Of a stretch of 60,673 bases of DNA, positions 1 through 9,583 are shown piece after piece. The stretch spans positions 1 to 60,673 of the forward strand of contig JBDHKN010000015.1 of the NCBI GenBank assembly GCA_039586365.1, read 5' to 3'. The notes beneath the pieces were generated by a model that had not been told where the DNA came from, searched no databases, and saw only the letters and a program-made list of their open reading frames with translations. This stretch comes from Gemmatimonadota bacterium. Its GTDB lineage: Bacteria > Gemmatimonadota > Gemmatimonadetes > Gemmatimonadales > GWC2-71-9. The translations under genes and the position numbers were made by a program. Position 1 is the first letter of the stretch. Each line of letters begins with the position of its first letter.

Positions 1-1689
1 GACTCCCCCACACTGTTCTGCCGCCCGTGAGATTCCACCGAAATCAGTGAAGTCGAACGCGGTCTGCAGCTCGTTGGTACGGTACTCAGGGCCGTATCTG
101 AGGTTCCGCGTGATTGGATCGGCGTGTACGATCTTCCCGGGGTTGAACATGCCGGCTGAGTCAAAGGTCTCTTTGATCTTGCAGAAGGCGCTGTATATGA
201 CCGGCCCGAACATTTTGCGCTGAAACGGCGACCGGACGAGTCCGTCGCCATGTTCTGCCGACAGCGCTCCGCCGAACTCGAGTACCAGGTCGGATACCTG
301 TTCGGCGATCCGTGCGAACTTCTCCACGCCGTCGACGGTCTTCAGGTTGATCGCTGGCCGGACGTGGAGCAGCCCGACCGAGGCATGTGCGTAGAAGCTC
401 GCCTGGGTCTGGTTCTCGTCGAGGATGGCCCTGAACCGATCGAGATATTCGGGGAGTCGCTCGGGGGCCACTGCCGTGTCCTCGACGTAAGAGATGCCTT
501 TGGTGTCACCAGTCTCTGCCATGGAGAGTCCGAGGCCGGCTTGGCGCAGCTTCCAGATGCGAGCCTGCGCCGTGGCGTCGAGCGCGCGGTGGACATGGCT
601 GCCCAGGCCGCGGTCCCGCAGATCGTGCTGCAGTCGGTCGATTCGATCGGGCAGTCCGTCTTTCGATTCGCCGGTGAACTCGACGATGAGCAAGGCAGCT
701 GGATCCCCCACTATGAAGTCACGCAGTGCCTCGAACTCCACCTTGCCGCGCGTCATCCCCAGGAGATTGCGGTCCATCAACTCCACTGCCGACGGCCGGT
801 GCTGGAGAATGACAGCAGTCGCGGTCATGGCTTGCCGCAGGCCTTCGAACTGCACGACTGCGAGGACTCTGTGCTCCGGAATCCCAGTCAGTCGTAGCTT
901 GGCTGCCAGCACCAGCCCGAGTGTACCCTCTGAGCCCACCATCAGCTTGCAGAGGTCGAAAGCCTCGTACGGGGGTACGAAGCGGTCGATGTTGTAGCCA
1001 CCTACCCGGCGCAGGATCTTGGGATAACGCCGCTCGATCTCCTCGGCCTGCTCCTGAGCCAAGTGCCGCACCGTGCGGTAACAGTCGCCTTCGAGGTCGC
1101 TCTGCGTGCACTTCAGGTCGAGTTCAGCCGTGTCCAACGGACGCATCGTCACCACGCTGCCGTCTGCGAGCAACGCCCGCAGCTCAAGCACATAGTCAAT
1201 GGTGGAACCGTAGACGATCGACCGCGTGCCAGAGGAGTTGTTGGCTATCATGCCACCGATCGTAGCGCGGCTGGCGGTGGACAAATCGATCGGCAACTGC
1301 AGACCATGCGGTCTGAGCACCGAGTTCAGTTCGTCGAGGACGATCCCGGGCTCGACGAGCACGGTTCCCGCTTCGGGGTCGATTTCCAAGACCCGCCGCA
1401 TGTACTTGGAGAAATCGACCTGGACGCCGGCACCGACAGCCTGGCCACTCTGAGATGTCCCACCGCCGCGCGCCGTGAGTGACACTCCGTGCTCGCGGCA
1501 GATACGGAGGGTATTGATCACGTCACCCGCCGATCGGGGTATCACCACTCCAGCAGGAACGATCTGAAACACACTGGCGTCCGTGGAGTAGATAGCGCGT
1601 GACACCGTATCGAATCTGACCTCGCCCTCGACTGCCCGCTTCAACGCACTCTCGAGAGAGACCATTGTTTTGGTGACGGTCAGGGACAC
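1..1689 (-). CDS. FAD-linked oxidase/(Fe-S) oxidoreductase, GlcD/YdiJ-like (partial, runs off window start)
   Basis: Not in the ORF track. Manual minus-strand translation from GTG 1689 (GAGGA upstream; alternative ATG 1665) gives VSLTVTKTMVSLESALKRAVEGEVRFDTVSRAIYSTDASVFQIVP, later RGGGTSQSGQ and the FAD-oxidase motif GGALSAEHGDGLVR. Confidence 0.9.
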   Translation of the reverse strand, partial: MSLTVTKTMVSLESALKRAVEGEVRFDTVSRAIYSTDASVFQIVPAGVVIPRSAGDVINTLRICREHGVSLTARGGGTSQSGQAVGAGVQVDFSKYMRRVLEIDPEAGTVLVEPGIVLDELNSVLRPHGLQLPIDLSTASRATIGGMIANNSSGTRSIVYGSTIDYVLELRALLADGSVVTMRPLDTAELDLKCTQSDLEGDCYRTVRHLAQEQAEEIERRYPKILRRVGGYNIDRFVPPYEAFDLCKLMVGSEGTLGLVLAAKLRLTGIPEHRVLAVVQFEGLRQAMTATAVILQHRPSAVELMDRNLLGMTRGKVEFEALRDFIVGDPAALLIVEFTGESKDGLPDRIDRLQHDLRDRGLGSHVHRALDATAQARIWKLRQAGLGLSMAETGDTKGISYVEDTAVAPERLPEYLDRFRAILDENQTQASFYAHASVGLLHVRPAINLKTVDGVEKFARIAEQVSDLVLEFGGALSAEHGDGLVRSPFQRKMFGPVIYSAFCKIKETFDSAGMFNPGKIVHADPITRNLRYGPEYRTNELQTAFDFTDFGGISRAAEQCGGV

Positions 1690-1752
1690 GGTGGGTTCCT
1701 CATCCACCCTGGTGTCTTTTCCTCATTGACTGAGATCGCGCTCACCTTGATG

Positions 1753-3120
1753 TCAGATCAAGCCCAGTGTCCACATGACCCAAACCGTGGCGAACGATGC
1801 CATCCCGCCCACGAAAGTCACTCCGCCGTAACCCCACAGTGCCTCTTTGACCTCGAGCTTGCTGAGCGACGTGCACACCCAGAAGTAGCTCGAATTCACG
1901 TACTTGATTATCACCGACCCAGCCGCGCCGGAGAGCATGGCTGCCTCAGGTGAGAGACTGAGCGGCCCCAGCATTGGGGCAACGAGAGAGCCGGCGGTAA
2001 TCACACCCACTGTGGTGGATCCGGTCAACATGTTGCCGATCACACCGATCATGAACGGCAGCAGGATGGGCGGTAGACCGTTGGAGGCGAAGAAATCGGC
2101 CACGTAGTCAACAGCAGGTGTCCCTTTGAGAATCTCGCTGAGCGACCCGCCAAGACCTGTGACGACGAGGATCATGGCCGAGGTCTTGAGCCCGTCGCGC
2201 ACCCACTGATTCACCTGCTGAATCTTGTCTTGCTGTGGGCCAATGTTGCGGTAAGCCAGCCACAGCCCAATGGCCAGGGCCACCACGGGCCAGCCGACGT
2301 ACTGCAGCACCTGCCGCACTAGATGGCCCTCGTCTAGCAACAAACTGGCCACGCTCTGCGCGCTGATCAGTACCACGGGGATTGCGATCGGTGCGTATGA
2401 TCTCACGGTGGATGGTAGACGCTCACCTTTGGGTGACTCGAGGAATCCCTGATCTCTGAACTCTTCCGACGGCTTGGTCTTGATTCTCGGGCCCACGATG
2501 TACTGTCCCCAGATCCATCCCGCCAGGGAGCCCACCAGACACGCGACGCTGCCGAAGATGATGGTCTTGCCGATGTCGGCGCCCACCAGAGCCACAGCTG
2601 CCAGCGGTCCCGGCGTCGGTGGCACGATGGCGTGAGTGAGCTGTAACGCTCCTACGAGCCCGATGGACATTGTGCCGATACTGACTCCCATCGCGTGAGC
2701 CGCAGAGTGCACCAGGGGATTCAGAATCACATAGGCTACGTCGGAGAAGATTGCGATGCCCAAGACGAACCCCGTCAGGGTCAGGGCGAAGGGCATGCGC
2801 TGAGAACCCACCAGTCGCACCATGGACCGCGTGATAACCTGGATTGCGCCGGTCTGGCGTAAGGCCTCGGCGATGATCGAGCCGAGTACGATCACGATGC
2901 CGATCTTGCCGAGCGTTATGCCGAAGCCTTGCTCAAAGGCCTTGATGAAGTTGTTTGTCCGGATTCCCGGCAGGATGCCGAACAGCAGGATGGGCAGCAG
3001 CAGCGCGAGAAACACGTGCCACTTCCATTTGGCGATCAGGAACATGAGCAGAACGACACACCCCGCGAAGCCGGCGAGCGTCAGTACCACGTTGGTGGTG
3101 ACTGCAGTAGTGGGGTCCAC
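1753..3120 (-). CDS. GntP/GntT family organic acid permease
   Basis: 455 aa polytopic membrane protein with KWKWHVFLALL, IAIFSDVAYVIL, HAIVPPTPGPLA, GSTTVGVITA and VNSSYFWV motifs. Confidence 0.9.
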   Translation of the reverse strand: MDPTTAVTTNVVLTLAGFAGCVVLLMFLIAKWKWHVFLALLLPILLFGILPGIRTNNFIKAFEQGFGITLGKIGIVIVLGSIIAEALRQTGAIQVITRSMVRLVGSQRMPFALTLTGFVLGIAIFSDVAYVILNPLVHSAAHAMGVSIGTMSIGLVGALQLTHAIVPPTPGPLAAVALVGADIGKTIIFGSVACLVGSLAGWIWGQYIVGPRIKTKPSEEFRDQGFLESPKGERLPSTVRSYAPIAIPVVLISAQSVASLLLDEGHLVRQVLQYVGWPVVALAIGLWLAYRNIGPQQDKIQQVNQWVRDGLKTSAMILVVTGLGGSLSEILKGTPAVDYVADFFASNGLPPILLPFMIGVIGNMLTGSTTVGVITAGSLVAPMLGPLSLSPEAAMLSGAAGSVIIKYVNSSYFWVCTSLSKLEVKEALWGYGGVTFVGGMASFATVWVMWTLGLI

Positions 3121-3123
3121 GGT

Positions 3124-4311
3124 CTACGCCGCTGCGGAGCGCGTGAGGTATTCGAGGGCCGCTGCCACACCCGACTTGGCTCGCGGCACTGCGGCTAGCT
3201 CTAGTCCCATCTCGACACCACACAGCGTTCCCGCCAGTGTCAGGTCGTTCAAGTCGCCGAGGTGACCTATGCGGAACACACGACCCTTGACCTTACCAAG
3301 CCCGGTGCCGAGCGACATGTCGAAGTTGTCCAGGATCGAGCGCCGCAGCTCATCTGCGTCGTACCCGTCCGGCATCCACACCGCGGTCAGGCTATTGGAG
3401 TACTCAGCCGGGTTGAGACAACAGAACTCGAGCCCCCAGGCGGCAACTGCTCTACGGGTGGCCTCCGCCAGGCGGTGATGACGGGCGAACACGTTCGCCA
3501 AACCCTCCTCGAGCAACATTCCCAGGGCCACGTCCATGCCGTACAACAGGTTGGTCGGAGGAGTGTACGGGAAGAATCCACGTTCGTTCAGCTGCAACAC
3601 CGGGCCCCACTCCCAGTAGGACTTGGGTAAGCTTGCCAATGAAGCGGCTGCCACAGCCTTGTCGCTGACCGCATTGATCCCGATCCCTGGTGGCAGCATG
3701 AGCCCCTTCTGCGAACAGCAGATCGAGACATCGACACCCCACTCGTCGTGGCGGTAGTCGATCGAGCCGAGCGACGAGATAGTGTCCACCATGAGGAGTG
3801 CAGGATGGCCGGCGGAGTCGATCGCCTGGCGGACCGGGGCGATGTCACTCGTGACGCCAGTCGACGTCTCGTTGTGAACCACCAACACCGCCTTGATCGT
3901 GCGGCGCGTATCGTCGGCGAGCTTTGCCTCGGCCACCGACGCAGCGACACCGTGACGCCAATCCCCCTCTATCCACTCGACCTCCAGTCCAAGTCGTGTC
4001 GCCAGGTTGCGCCACAGGGTGGCGAAGTGCCCCGTCTCAAACGCCAGCACGCGGTCGCCCGGTGACAACGTGTTGACGAGGGCCGCTTCCCAGGCTCCAG
4101 TACCGGAGGATGGGAACAGTAGCACGGGCCGTGACGTCTTGAACACCGACTTGAGGTTGTCGAGGATTCGCAACGTCATCTGCGCGAACTCAGGACCGCG
4201 GTGGTCGACCGTCGGTCTTGCCATAGCCCGCAAGACCCTGTCTGGCACGTTTGATGGACCCGGGATCTGCAGAAAATGGCGTCCCGATCTCCCCGGCTTC
4301 GAATGGTTCAC
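3124..4311 (-). CDS. sgaA: Serine/alanine--glyoxylate aminotransferase (class V PLP enzyme)
   Basis: GRHFLQIPGPSNVP, SSGTGAWEAA, VHNETSTG, DTISS, PLP lysine in SQKGL, FPYTP, FRIGHLG. Confidence 0.9.
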   Translation of the reverse strand: MNHSKPGRSGRHFLQIPGPSNVPDRVLRAMARPTVDHRGPEFAQMTLRILDNLKSVFKTSRPVLLFPSSGTGAWEAALVNTLSPGDRVLAFETGHFATLWRNLATRLGLEVEWIEGDWRHGVAASVAEAKLADDTRRTIKAVLVVHNETSTGVTSDIAPVRQAIDSAGHPALLMVDTISSLGSIDYRHDEWGVDVSICCSQKGLMLPPGIGINAVSDKAVAAASLASLPKSYWEWGPVLQLNERGFFPYTPPTNLLYGMDVALGMLLEEGLANVFARHHRLAEATRRAVAAWGLEFCCLNPAEYSNSLTAVWMPDGYDADELRRSILDNFDMSLGTGLGKVKGRVFRIGHLGDLNDLTLAGTLCGVEMGLELAAVPRAKSGVAAALEYLTRSAAA

Positions 4312-4402
4312 TGGCTATCTCCTGACGGTGCCGTTCCGCCTGCGTTCTCGGTCATTCGGGGTTGCATACACGAGAGGCAAGCCTCATCGCGTACGGATCT
4401 CG

Positions 4403-4777
4403 CTACACCCTATCGAGCCGCACCTCAGTTCCGTGCCGCACCTCGACTAATGGTCTGACGTCGTCAGAGACCTTACCGATGCGGTTCACCGGGCTAGCCG
4501 CCCTGGGCTCATCCCCCGGCGATGCCGGCGTGGGGCCAAAGAAGATGCAGAAGGCCTTGCCGGGCGGCCAGTAGCCGAGTTCTGCGACCTCCACATCCTC
4601 CGTCGCATCTGGTGCAGCGGGCTCGTCCACGGGTATTGCGAAGTAGATCTCGTCACCCCAGCGGTTACCCTTGCCCGTAATGGGCAGCGCATCGTAGATG
4701 GCTCGGGCTGTCGCTGAGTCGTTGAGTTCGGCGCGGAGTCGTACTTCGCCGGCGCTGATCTGTATTTGGTGGCTCAT
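4403..4777 (-). CDS. Cyclophilin-like fold protein (DUF369/TM1367 type)
   Basis: WGDEIYF, YWPPGKAFCIFFGPTP and PASPVNRIG motifs; 124 aa. Confidence 0.85.
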   Translation of the reverse strand: MSHQIQISAGEVRLRAELNDSATARAIYDALPITGKGNRWGDEIYFAIPVDEPAAPDATEDVEVAELGYWPPGKAFCIFFGPTPASPGDEPRAASPVNRIGKVSDDVRPLVEVRHGTEVRLDRV

Positions 4778-4794
4778 GATTCTCCTCTGTCGCG

Positions 4795-5808
4795 CTACTG
4801 CGGGCCCACTATCTCGAGTACGGGGTCAGGTCCGGTTCCCCGTGCCGTACTGAACTGCCTGACGATCCTGCGGTCTCGAATGGAAATCACATACACCCTG
4901 TCGTTGTCCTGAGATGCTGTGAGCAGTCGTTCCCCATCGGCCGACAGCTGCAGAGAGACCGGCGCACCGTCGAGGTCTATTGTTGCTATCTGTTGCCGGG
5001 ACTCGGCATCGGCAATGCCGATCTGGTGGTCGTGGACCAGAGAATAGGCTGCGAACCTGCCGTCAGGTGTGAGACGGACGCGGTTCGGCCCTCGGCCCGT
5101 CGGGATTTCCCCGATCACGGCATTCAGTTCCGTATCGATCATTGCGATGATGTTCGACTCCCGGCACGCCACGAAGAGTGTCCTGCCGTCACCGGTCACA
5201 GCACTCCCCTCAGGGCGCTCTCCAACCGGAATCAATTCTGCGGCTCCGGTTGCGAGATCGATAACAGAGACATCTGTAGTTGCAACGTTGCTCACGAAAG
5301 CTGTCGCACCGTCGGGGCTGTGCGTCACCATGTGAGAGGTGCGCCCTCGAGTTGCGAAGTCCTCGACGACCTGCCGATTCTGCGGATCAATGACGAGTAG
5401 ACGATTGGGGTTCTCTGTAGTCACCAAGAGTCGGCCGCGTTCCCCGTCGAGATCGATTCCATGGGGACGGCGGAAATCCCCCAACTCTATCACACCCAAC
5501 TTACCCCGGGCCTGGATATCAATTACCGTGATAGTGGTGCCGCCTTCCGCCTCCTCTTCGACTCCCAGGGCGCCATAGTCGGTTACGTATGCGTGGCGGG
5601 CGTCGGCTGAGAGGATCATCTCGTGAGGATTCTTGCCGACCGGTACCGTCGCCAACAGATCTCCGTCCGCAGTGTAGAACGCGACCGAGCTGCCGAGTTT
5701 TTGCAGAACTAGGAAACTCGCCGGCGCTGCCGGTTCTCGCTCGGTATCCGCTCCGGGGCCGCAGGCAACCACTGTCAAGACTATGCAGCAGGCCCATTCT
5801 CGCATCAT
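4795..5808 (-). CDS. YncE/YVTN beta-propeller lipoprotein
   Basis: Lipobox VVAC; repeated blades VPVGKNPHE, IPVGERPEG, IPTGRGPNR; GAGGAG RBS. Confidence 0.8.
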   Translation of the reverse strand: MMREWACCIVLTVVACGPGADTEREPAAPASFLVLQKLGSSVAFYTADGDLLATVPVGKNPHEMILSADARHAYVTDYGALGVEEEAEGGTTITVIDIQARGKLGVIELGDFRRPHGIDLDGERGRLLVTTENPNRLLVIDPQNRQVVEDFATRGRTSHMVTHSPDGATAFVSNVATTDVSVIDLATGAAELIPVGERPEGSAVTGDGRTLFVACRESNIIAMIDTELNAVIGEIPTGRGPNRVRLTPDGRFAAYSLVHDHQIGIADAESRQQIATIDLDGAPVSLQLSADGERLLTASQDNDRVYVISIRDRRIVRQFSTARGTGPDPVLEIVGPQ

Positions 5809-6103
5809 GCTGAACTCCTCCTCACCCAGTACGTGATCGACTGTCTACCGGTTCAGGGGATCCGATAGTGCGTACGTTGTTTCCGGTATCAAACGCACCG
5901 CTACATACTCTCAAATGAGAACGTATCGCTGTTGCGAGTAATAATCTCCTTGAGCAGACAGTAAGGTAACCGTGTAAGAAGCAGAGGAGCCTGGATATCG
6001 CAGGGAGCCCACCTCCGACACAACGACGCACGAGACGACTCTGGTGGACGTTTGGTGCTGGCGATAGCAGTTTTAGCTGCAACTCGAACTTGAACACACC
6101 CTA

Positions 6104-7153
6104 ATGATCGTTGCCAAGACCCACAACCTCCTCATTGCAAGCTACATCGAACCAGAACACGTCGAGCGCATCCGCCAGGTAGATCCGCGATTGGACGTGA
6201 TCTACGAACCGGCGCTATTGCGGCCACCGCGTTACGCTGCCGATCACACCGGATCGCCAATTGAACGCACGGCCGACCAAGAAGCTCATTGGAAACGCAT
6301 GCTTCGAGAGGCTGAAATTCTGTTCGACTTCGATCAGACGCACCGTGAAGACTTACCGGACCTGGCACCCAACGTACGCTGGATACAGGCTACGAGCGCT
6401 GGTATTGGCCAGTTCGTGAAGAGCATGGGGTATGACACGCGCATGCCGGCCACGGTGTTCACGACAGCCAGTGGAGTGCATGCCAAACCACTGGTGGAAT
6501 TCTGCGTTATGGTCATGCTGATGTTCCACAAGGGGCTGCTGCGGATGGTACGGGATCAGCAACGCAAGCACTGGGAGCGCTATGCCGGCACCGACCTGGC
6601 TGGTCGCACCCTGGTCATCATTGGAGTCGGTTCGATAGGCAGTGAAGTGGCGAGAGCCTGCAAGGCCCTTGGCATGACGGTGATCGGAGTCGATCGCCCG
6701 GATTTCACCTACGATCCGAAGTCGTCGTCTCTGGACGAATACCACCCTGTCAGCGAGCTACCAGCCGTCCTCAGGCGAGCCGAGCACCTGGTGCTCATTG
6801 CACCGCACACCCCGGACACCTCCGGCATGATTGGCGCTGACGAGCTGGCACTGCTGCCTGAGGGGGCCATCTTGATCAACATCTCCCGAGGTGCCCTGGT
6901 GAATGAACCGGCCCTCATCGAGGCACTCCGCTCCGGTCATCTGGGAGCGGCCGGACTCGATGTGTTCGCTGAGGAGCCACTACCCCAGGACAGCCCGCTG
7001 TGGGAGATGCCCAACGTTCTGGTCAGCCCTCACTCCGGCAGCACTAGCGATCGGGAGAATCGCAGGCTGACGGACCTGTTCTGCGGGAACCTGAGACGGT
7101 TCCTTGCTGGCGACCCGTTGCTCAACGTCCTCGACACGAAACGGCTCTACTGA
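6104..7153 (+). CDS. D-2-hydroxyacid dehydrogenase (NAD(P)-dependent)
   Basis: GVGSIG Rossmann motif, NISRG, LDVFAEEPL, SPHSG catalytic residues. Confidence 0.92.
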   Translation: MIVAKTHNLLIASYIEPEHVERIRQVDPRLDVIYEPALLRPPRYAADHTGSPIERTADQEAHWKRMLREAEILFDFDQTHREDLPDLAPNVRWIQATSAGIGQFVKSMGYDTRMPATVFTTASGVHAKPLVEFCVMVMLMFHKGLLRMVRDQQRKHWERYAGTDLAGRTLVIIGVGSIGSEVARACKALGMTVIGVDRPDFTYDPKSSSLDEYHPVSELPAVLRRAEHLVLIAPHTPDTSGMIGADELALLPEGAILINISRGALVNEPALIEALRSGHLGAAGLDVFAEEPLPQDSPLWEMPNVLVSPHSGSTSDRENRRLTDLFCGNLRRFLAGDPLLNVLDTKRLY

Positions 7154-7168
7154 GCGACCCCGGGTGGG

Positions 7169-8314
7169 CTACGCGCCCAGGAGACCTCTCATCAGCGGAG
7201 CTACAATGAACCCTATGTAGTTCCCTATTGCGTAGCCCAATATCCCGACGGCCGCACCTGGCAAGAGCCGGTCCGTGTAGCCTCGGGCACCCGCCATTGC
7301 TATCGCTGATGCCGCACCACCGACGTTCGCCTGCGATGCGACTGCTAGAGTCGCAAAGTCCAACCGTGCGAGCCGCCCAAGGCCGAAGATGATCAAGCCG
7401 TGCAACGCCACCGTGATGATCGCGAAATAGAACACCGGTAGTCCCACTGCAACCAAGTTGGCCACTACAGATCTGGCACCGTTGCTTGCCAGGAACAGCA
7501 ATATCAGGTAGTTGCCGAACAGGGCACTACCGGTGAGTGCCTTTACCGCCGGTACCTGTGCCAAGATCAGCACCACAGTAGTCAGCCACAGCACCTCATG
7601 GAGGATTGGGACGAACTTCCCCAAGAGACCCGCGGCCCAGACTGCACCCACGGCAATCGTCACTAGCGCTGCGGTGTCGACAATAGACACGGGTTTGACG
7701 CTGTTATTGAGCGTGTGTTCCAGCGTCACGGGTTTCTGCATTGAGGGCGGATTGTCAGCCGGTACCGGCGATTGCTTGGGCCGTCCCAGCATGACGGGAA
7801 CCGCCAAACACACGGCCATCCAAACGGCGGTCACAATGACGTCCGCCGCAGTCGCCGCTGAGAACATGTTGGGGCTGGTTTCGAAGGCGCGTCCCAAAGC
7901 GGCGAAATTCGCGCCTCCACCAGTATACGTGCCGGTGAACTGACCGGCGAGCTTCCACGTTTCGGGACCGACGAGGCCAGCCAAGAGCAAACCGCCTGTG
8001 ATGGCACCCACCGCAGTCCCGACGGCGCCGATGCCAAACGCTGCCAACATCTTGGGACCGGCTTGCAGCACGGAGCGCAAATCGACACTGAGCAGAATGA
8101 GAGCAATCCCGAGGTTCACACCTGTGCCCATGAGGAAATCGTAGGTGGGGGAATCGCCCGGGATTAGTCCGATGTTGGACAGCACCATCCCCAAGAGAAT
8201 TCCCGTCAGTGCCGCGCTGAGCGCGCGGAACAGGCCAACACGCTGCTCCAACTGAATGGAGATGAATACTACCGCAGCCAGGGTGAGGAAGATGCCGATG
8301 GGATCCGTTATCAT
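7169..8314 (-). CDS. DUF819 family membrane protein (putative transporter)
   Basis: Start reassigned to MITDPIG at 8314; many TM segments; GTYTGGGANF and VASQANVGG motifs. Confidence 0.85.
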   Translation of the reverse strand: MITDPIGIFLTLAAVVFISIQLEQRVGLFRALSAALTGILLGMVLSNIGLIPGDSPTYDFLMGTGVNLGIALILLSVDLRSVLQAGPKMLAAFGIGAVGTAVGAITGGLLLAGLVGPETWKLAGQFTGTYTGGGANFAALGRAFETSPNMFSAATAADVIVTAVWMAVCLAVPVMLGRPKQSPVPADNPPSMQKPVTLEHTLNNSVKPVSIVDTAALVTIAVGAVWAAGLLGKFVPILHEVLWLTTVVLILAQVPAVKALTGSALFGNYLILLFLASNGARSVVANLVAVGLPVFYFAIITVALHGLIIFGLGRLARLDFATLAVASQANVGGAASAIAMAGARGYTDRLLPGAAVGILGYAIGNYIGFIVAPLMRGLLGA

Positions 8315-8659
8315 GGTATCACTTGCTTTGGGGGGAAGTGTGATCGTCCAACACCAGGCCGCTGAATGGACAAGGTTGCTCAAGCACGTCGCCAGGTTGG
8401 CCGAGGATTGTGACTGACTGCGCCAATGAGCCCATACACTAGCGACTGTATCCGGCAAGGGCAACACGATGGGCATCTACGGATTGCCGTGTCACTTCCC
8501 CCTTCCGCGGCGGTCCAGACAACTGTAGAGTGAATCCTCTGGCGGTGCCTTGACCATCTGCCGATGACGATCGGAAACCCATGCGTTCGGGTAGCAACCG
8601 GCGGATCAAAGGAAGAGCGGCCCGCATGACACATAAAGGGTAGCAGCGAGGGAAACACG

Positions 8660-9490
8660 ATGATTGATGCCACCAGAAGGGAGTTTTTGAAGAGTGCGGG
8701 GTCCTACGGTGCCGTCGCCGGCGTGAGTTTGGTGGGAGGGCTTGGAATTGCCCCTCCTGCGAGATCGGTTGTGCAACGCGCAACACATCCGTTCGGGTAT
8801 CCCGCAAATGGCTTAGACGTGGAGAAGATCCGCGAGTTGGGCTACGAAGGATTCAAAGGAATCATGCTGGTTGACGGCACGAGACACTCAGGCTGTGCGT
8901 TCGGGGCCTTCAACGCGATCGTCGGCCAACTCGCAGAGGTCGTGGGTGCGCCGTACACGTCCATTCCTACGCAGATGATGGATTGGGCGGGTGCCGGCGT
9001 AGTGGGGTTCGGGAGCTTGTGCGGAACGTTGAATGGAGTCGCTGCGGCCATCGGCCTGATCTGCAGTGGAAGTGACGCGCGAGCGTTTGTCTCCGATCTG
9101 ATGACGTGGTACTCGGAAACGGCCTTACCGACGAACACTGTCGCTCCCACGGGCGATCTTCCTCAAAGCAAGGCGGCGAGTAATCTCTGCCACGTGTCCC
9201 TCACCCACTGGTGCCGGACGTCCGGATTCGCCAGCGGTTCTGCGGAGCGCGCCGAACGCTGTGCACGGCTGGCAGGAGACGTGGCGGCCAGGGCGGTGGA
9301 GCTGCTGAACGACGGAGCGCTGGGGCGCCAAGTCCCGGCCGAGAAGACCGTGTGTCGGAGCTGTCACTACATGGGCCCGAGCTACGCTGCAGGCCAGTTC
9401 ACTCACGGGGAGATGAACTGCCTCACCTGCCACATCGAACTCAAGGACAAGCGCGTGGTGCCAACCGGCCATAGCCAAGGAGAGGAGTAG
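8660..9490 (+). CDS. Tat-exported C-GCAxxG-C-C family protein with two c-type heme motifs (split-Soret cytochrome c-like)
   Basis: TRREFLK Tat motif; GCAFG, LCGTLNG, LCHVS, ERCARL; C-terminal CRSCH and CLTCH. Confidence 0.85.
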   Translation: MIDATRREFLKSAGSYGAVAGVSLVGGLGIAPPARSVVQRATHPFGYPANGLDVEKIRELGYEGFKGIMLVDGTRHSGCAFGAFNAIVGQLAEVVGAPYTSIPTQMMDWAGAGVVGFGSLCGTLNGVAAAIGLICSGSDARAFVSDLMTWYSETALPTNTVAPTGDLPQSKAASNLCHVSLTHWCRTSGFASGSAERAERCARLAGDVAARAVELLNDGALGRQVPAEKTVCRSCHYMGPSYAAGQFTHGEMNCLTCHIELKDKRVVPTGHSQGEE

Positions 9491-9583
9491 GAGCGTAGCC
9501 GATCACGCGCAGATCCTGATGTGAAGTCACCGTCGAACGTGCAGTGGTGGAAGAGAGTGTCAACTCCTCAACGAGAGATTCCG

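Noticed and set aside
250..1482. Several plus-strand ORFs of 110-215 aa in the ORF track
   Set aside because: Antisense shadows of the minus-strand FAD oxidase, which the track misses because it runs off the window.
5822..6097. 91-aa ORF or possible structured RNA in the divergent intergenic region
   Set aside because: No motif, RBS or recognisable riboswitch consensus; more simply a divergent promoter region.
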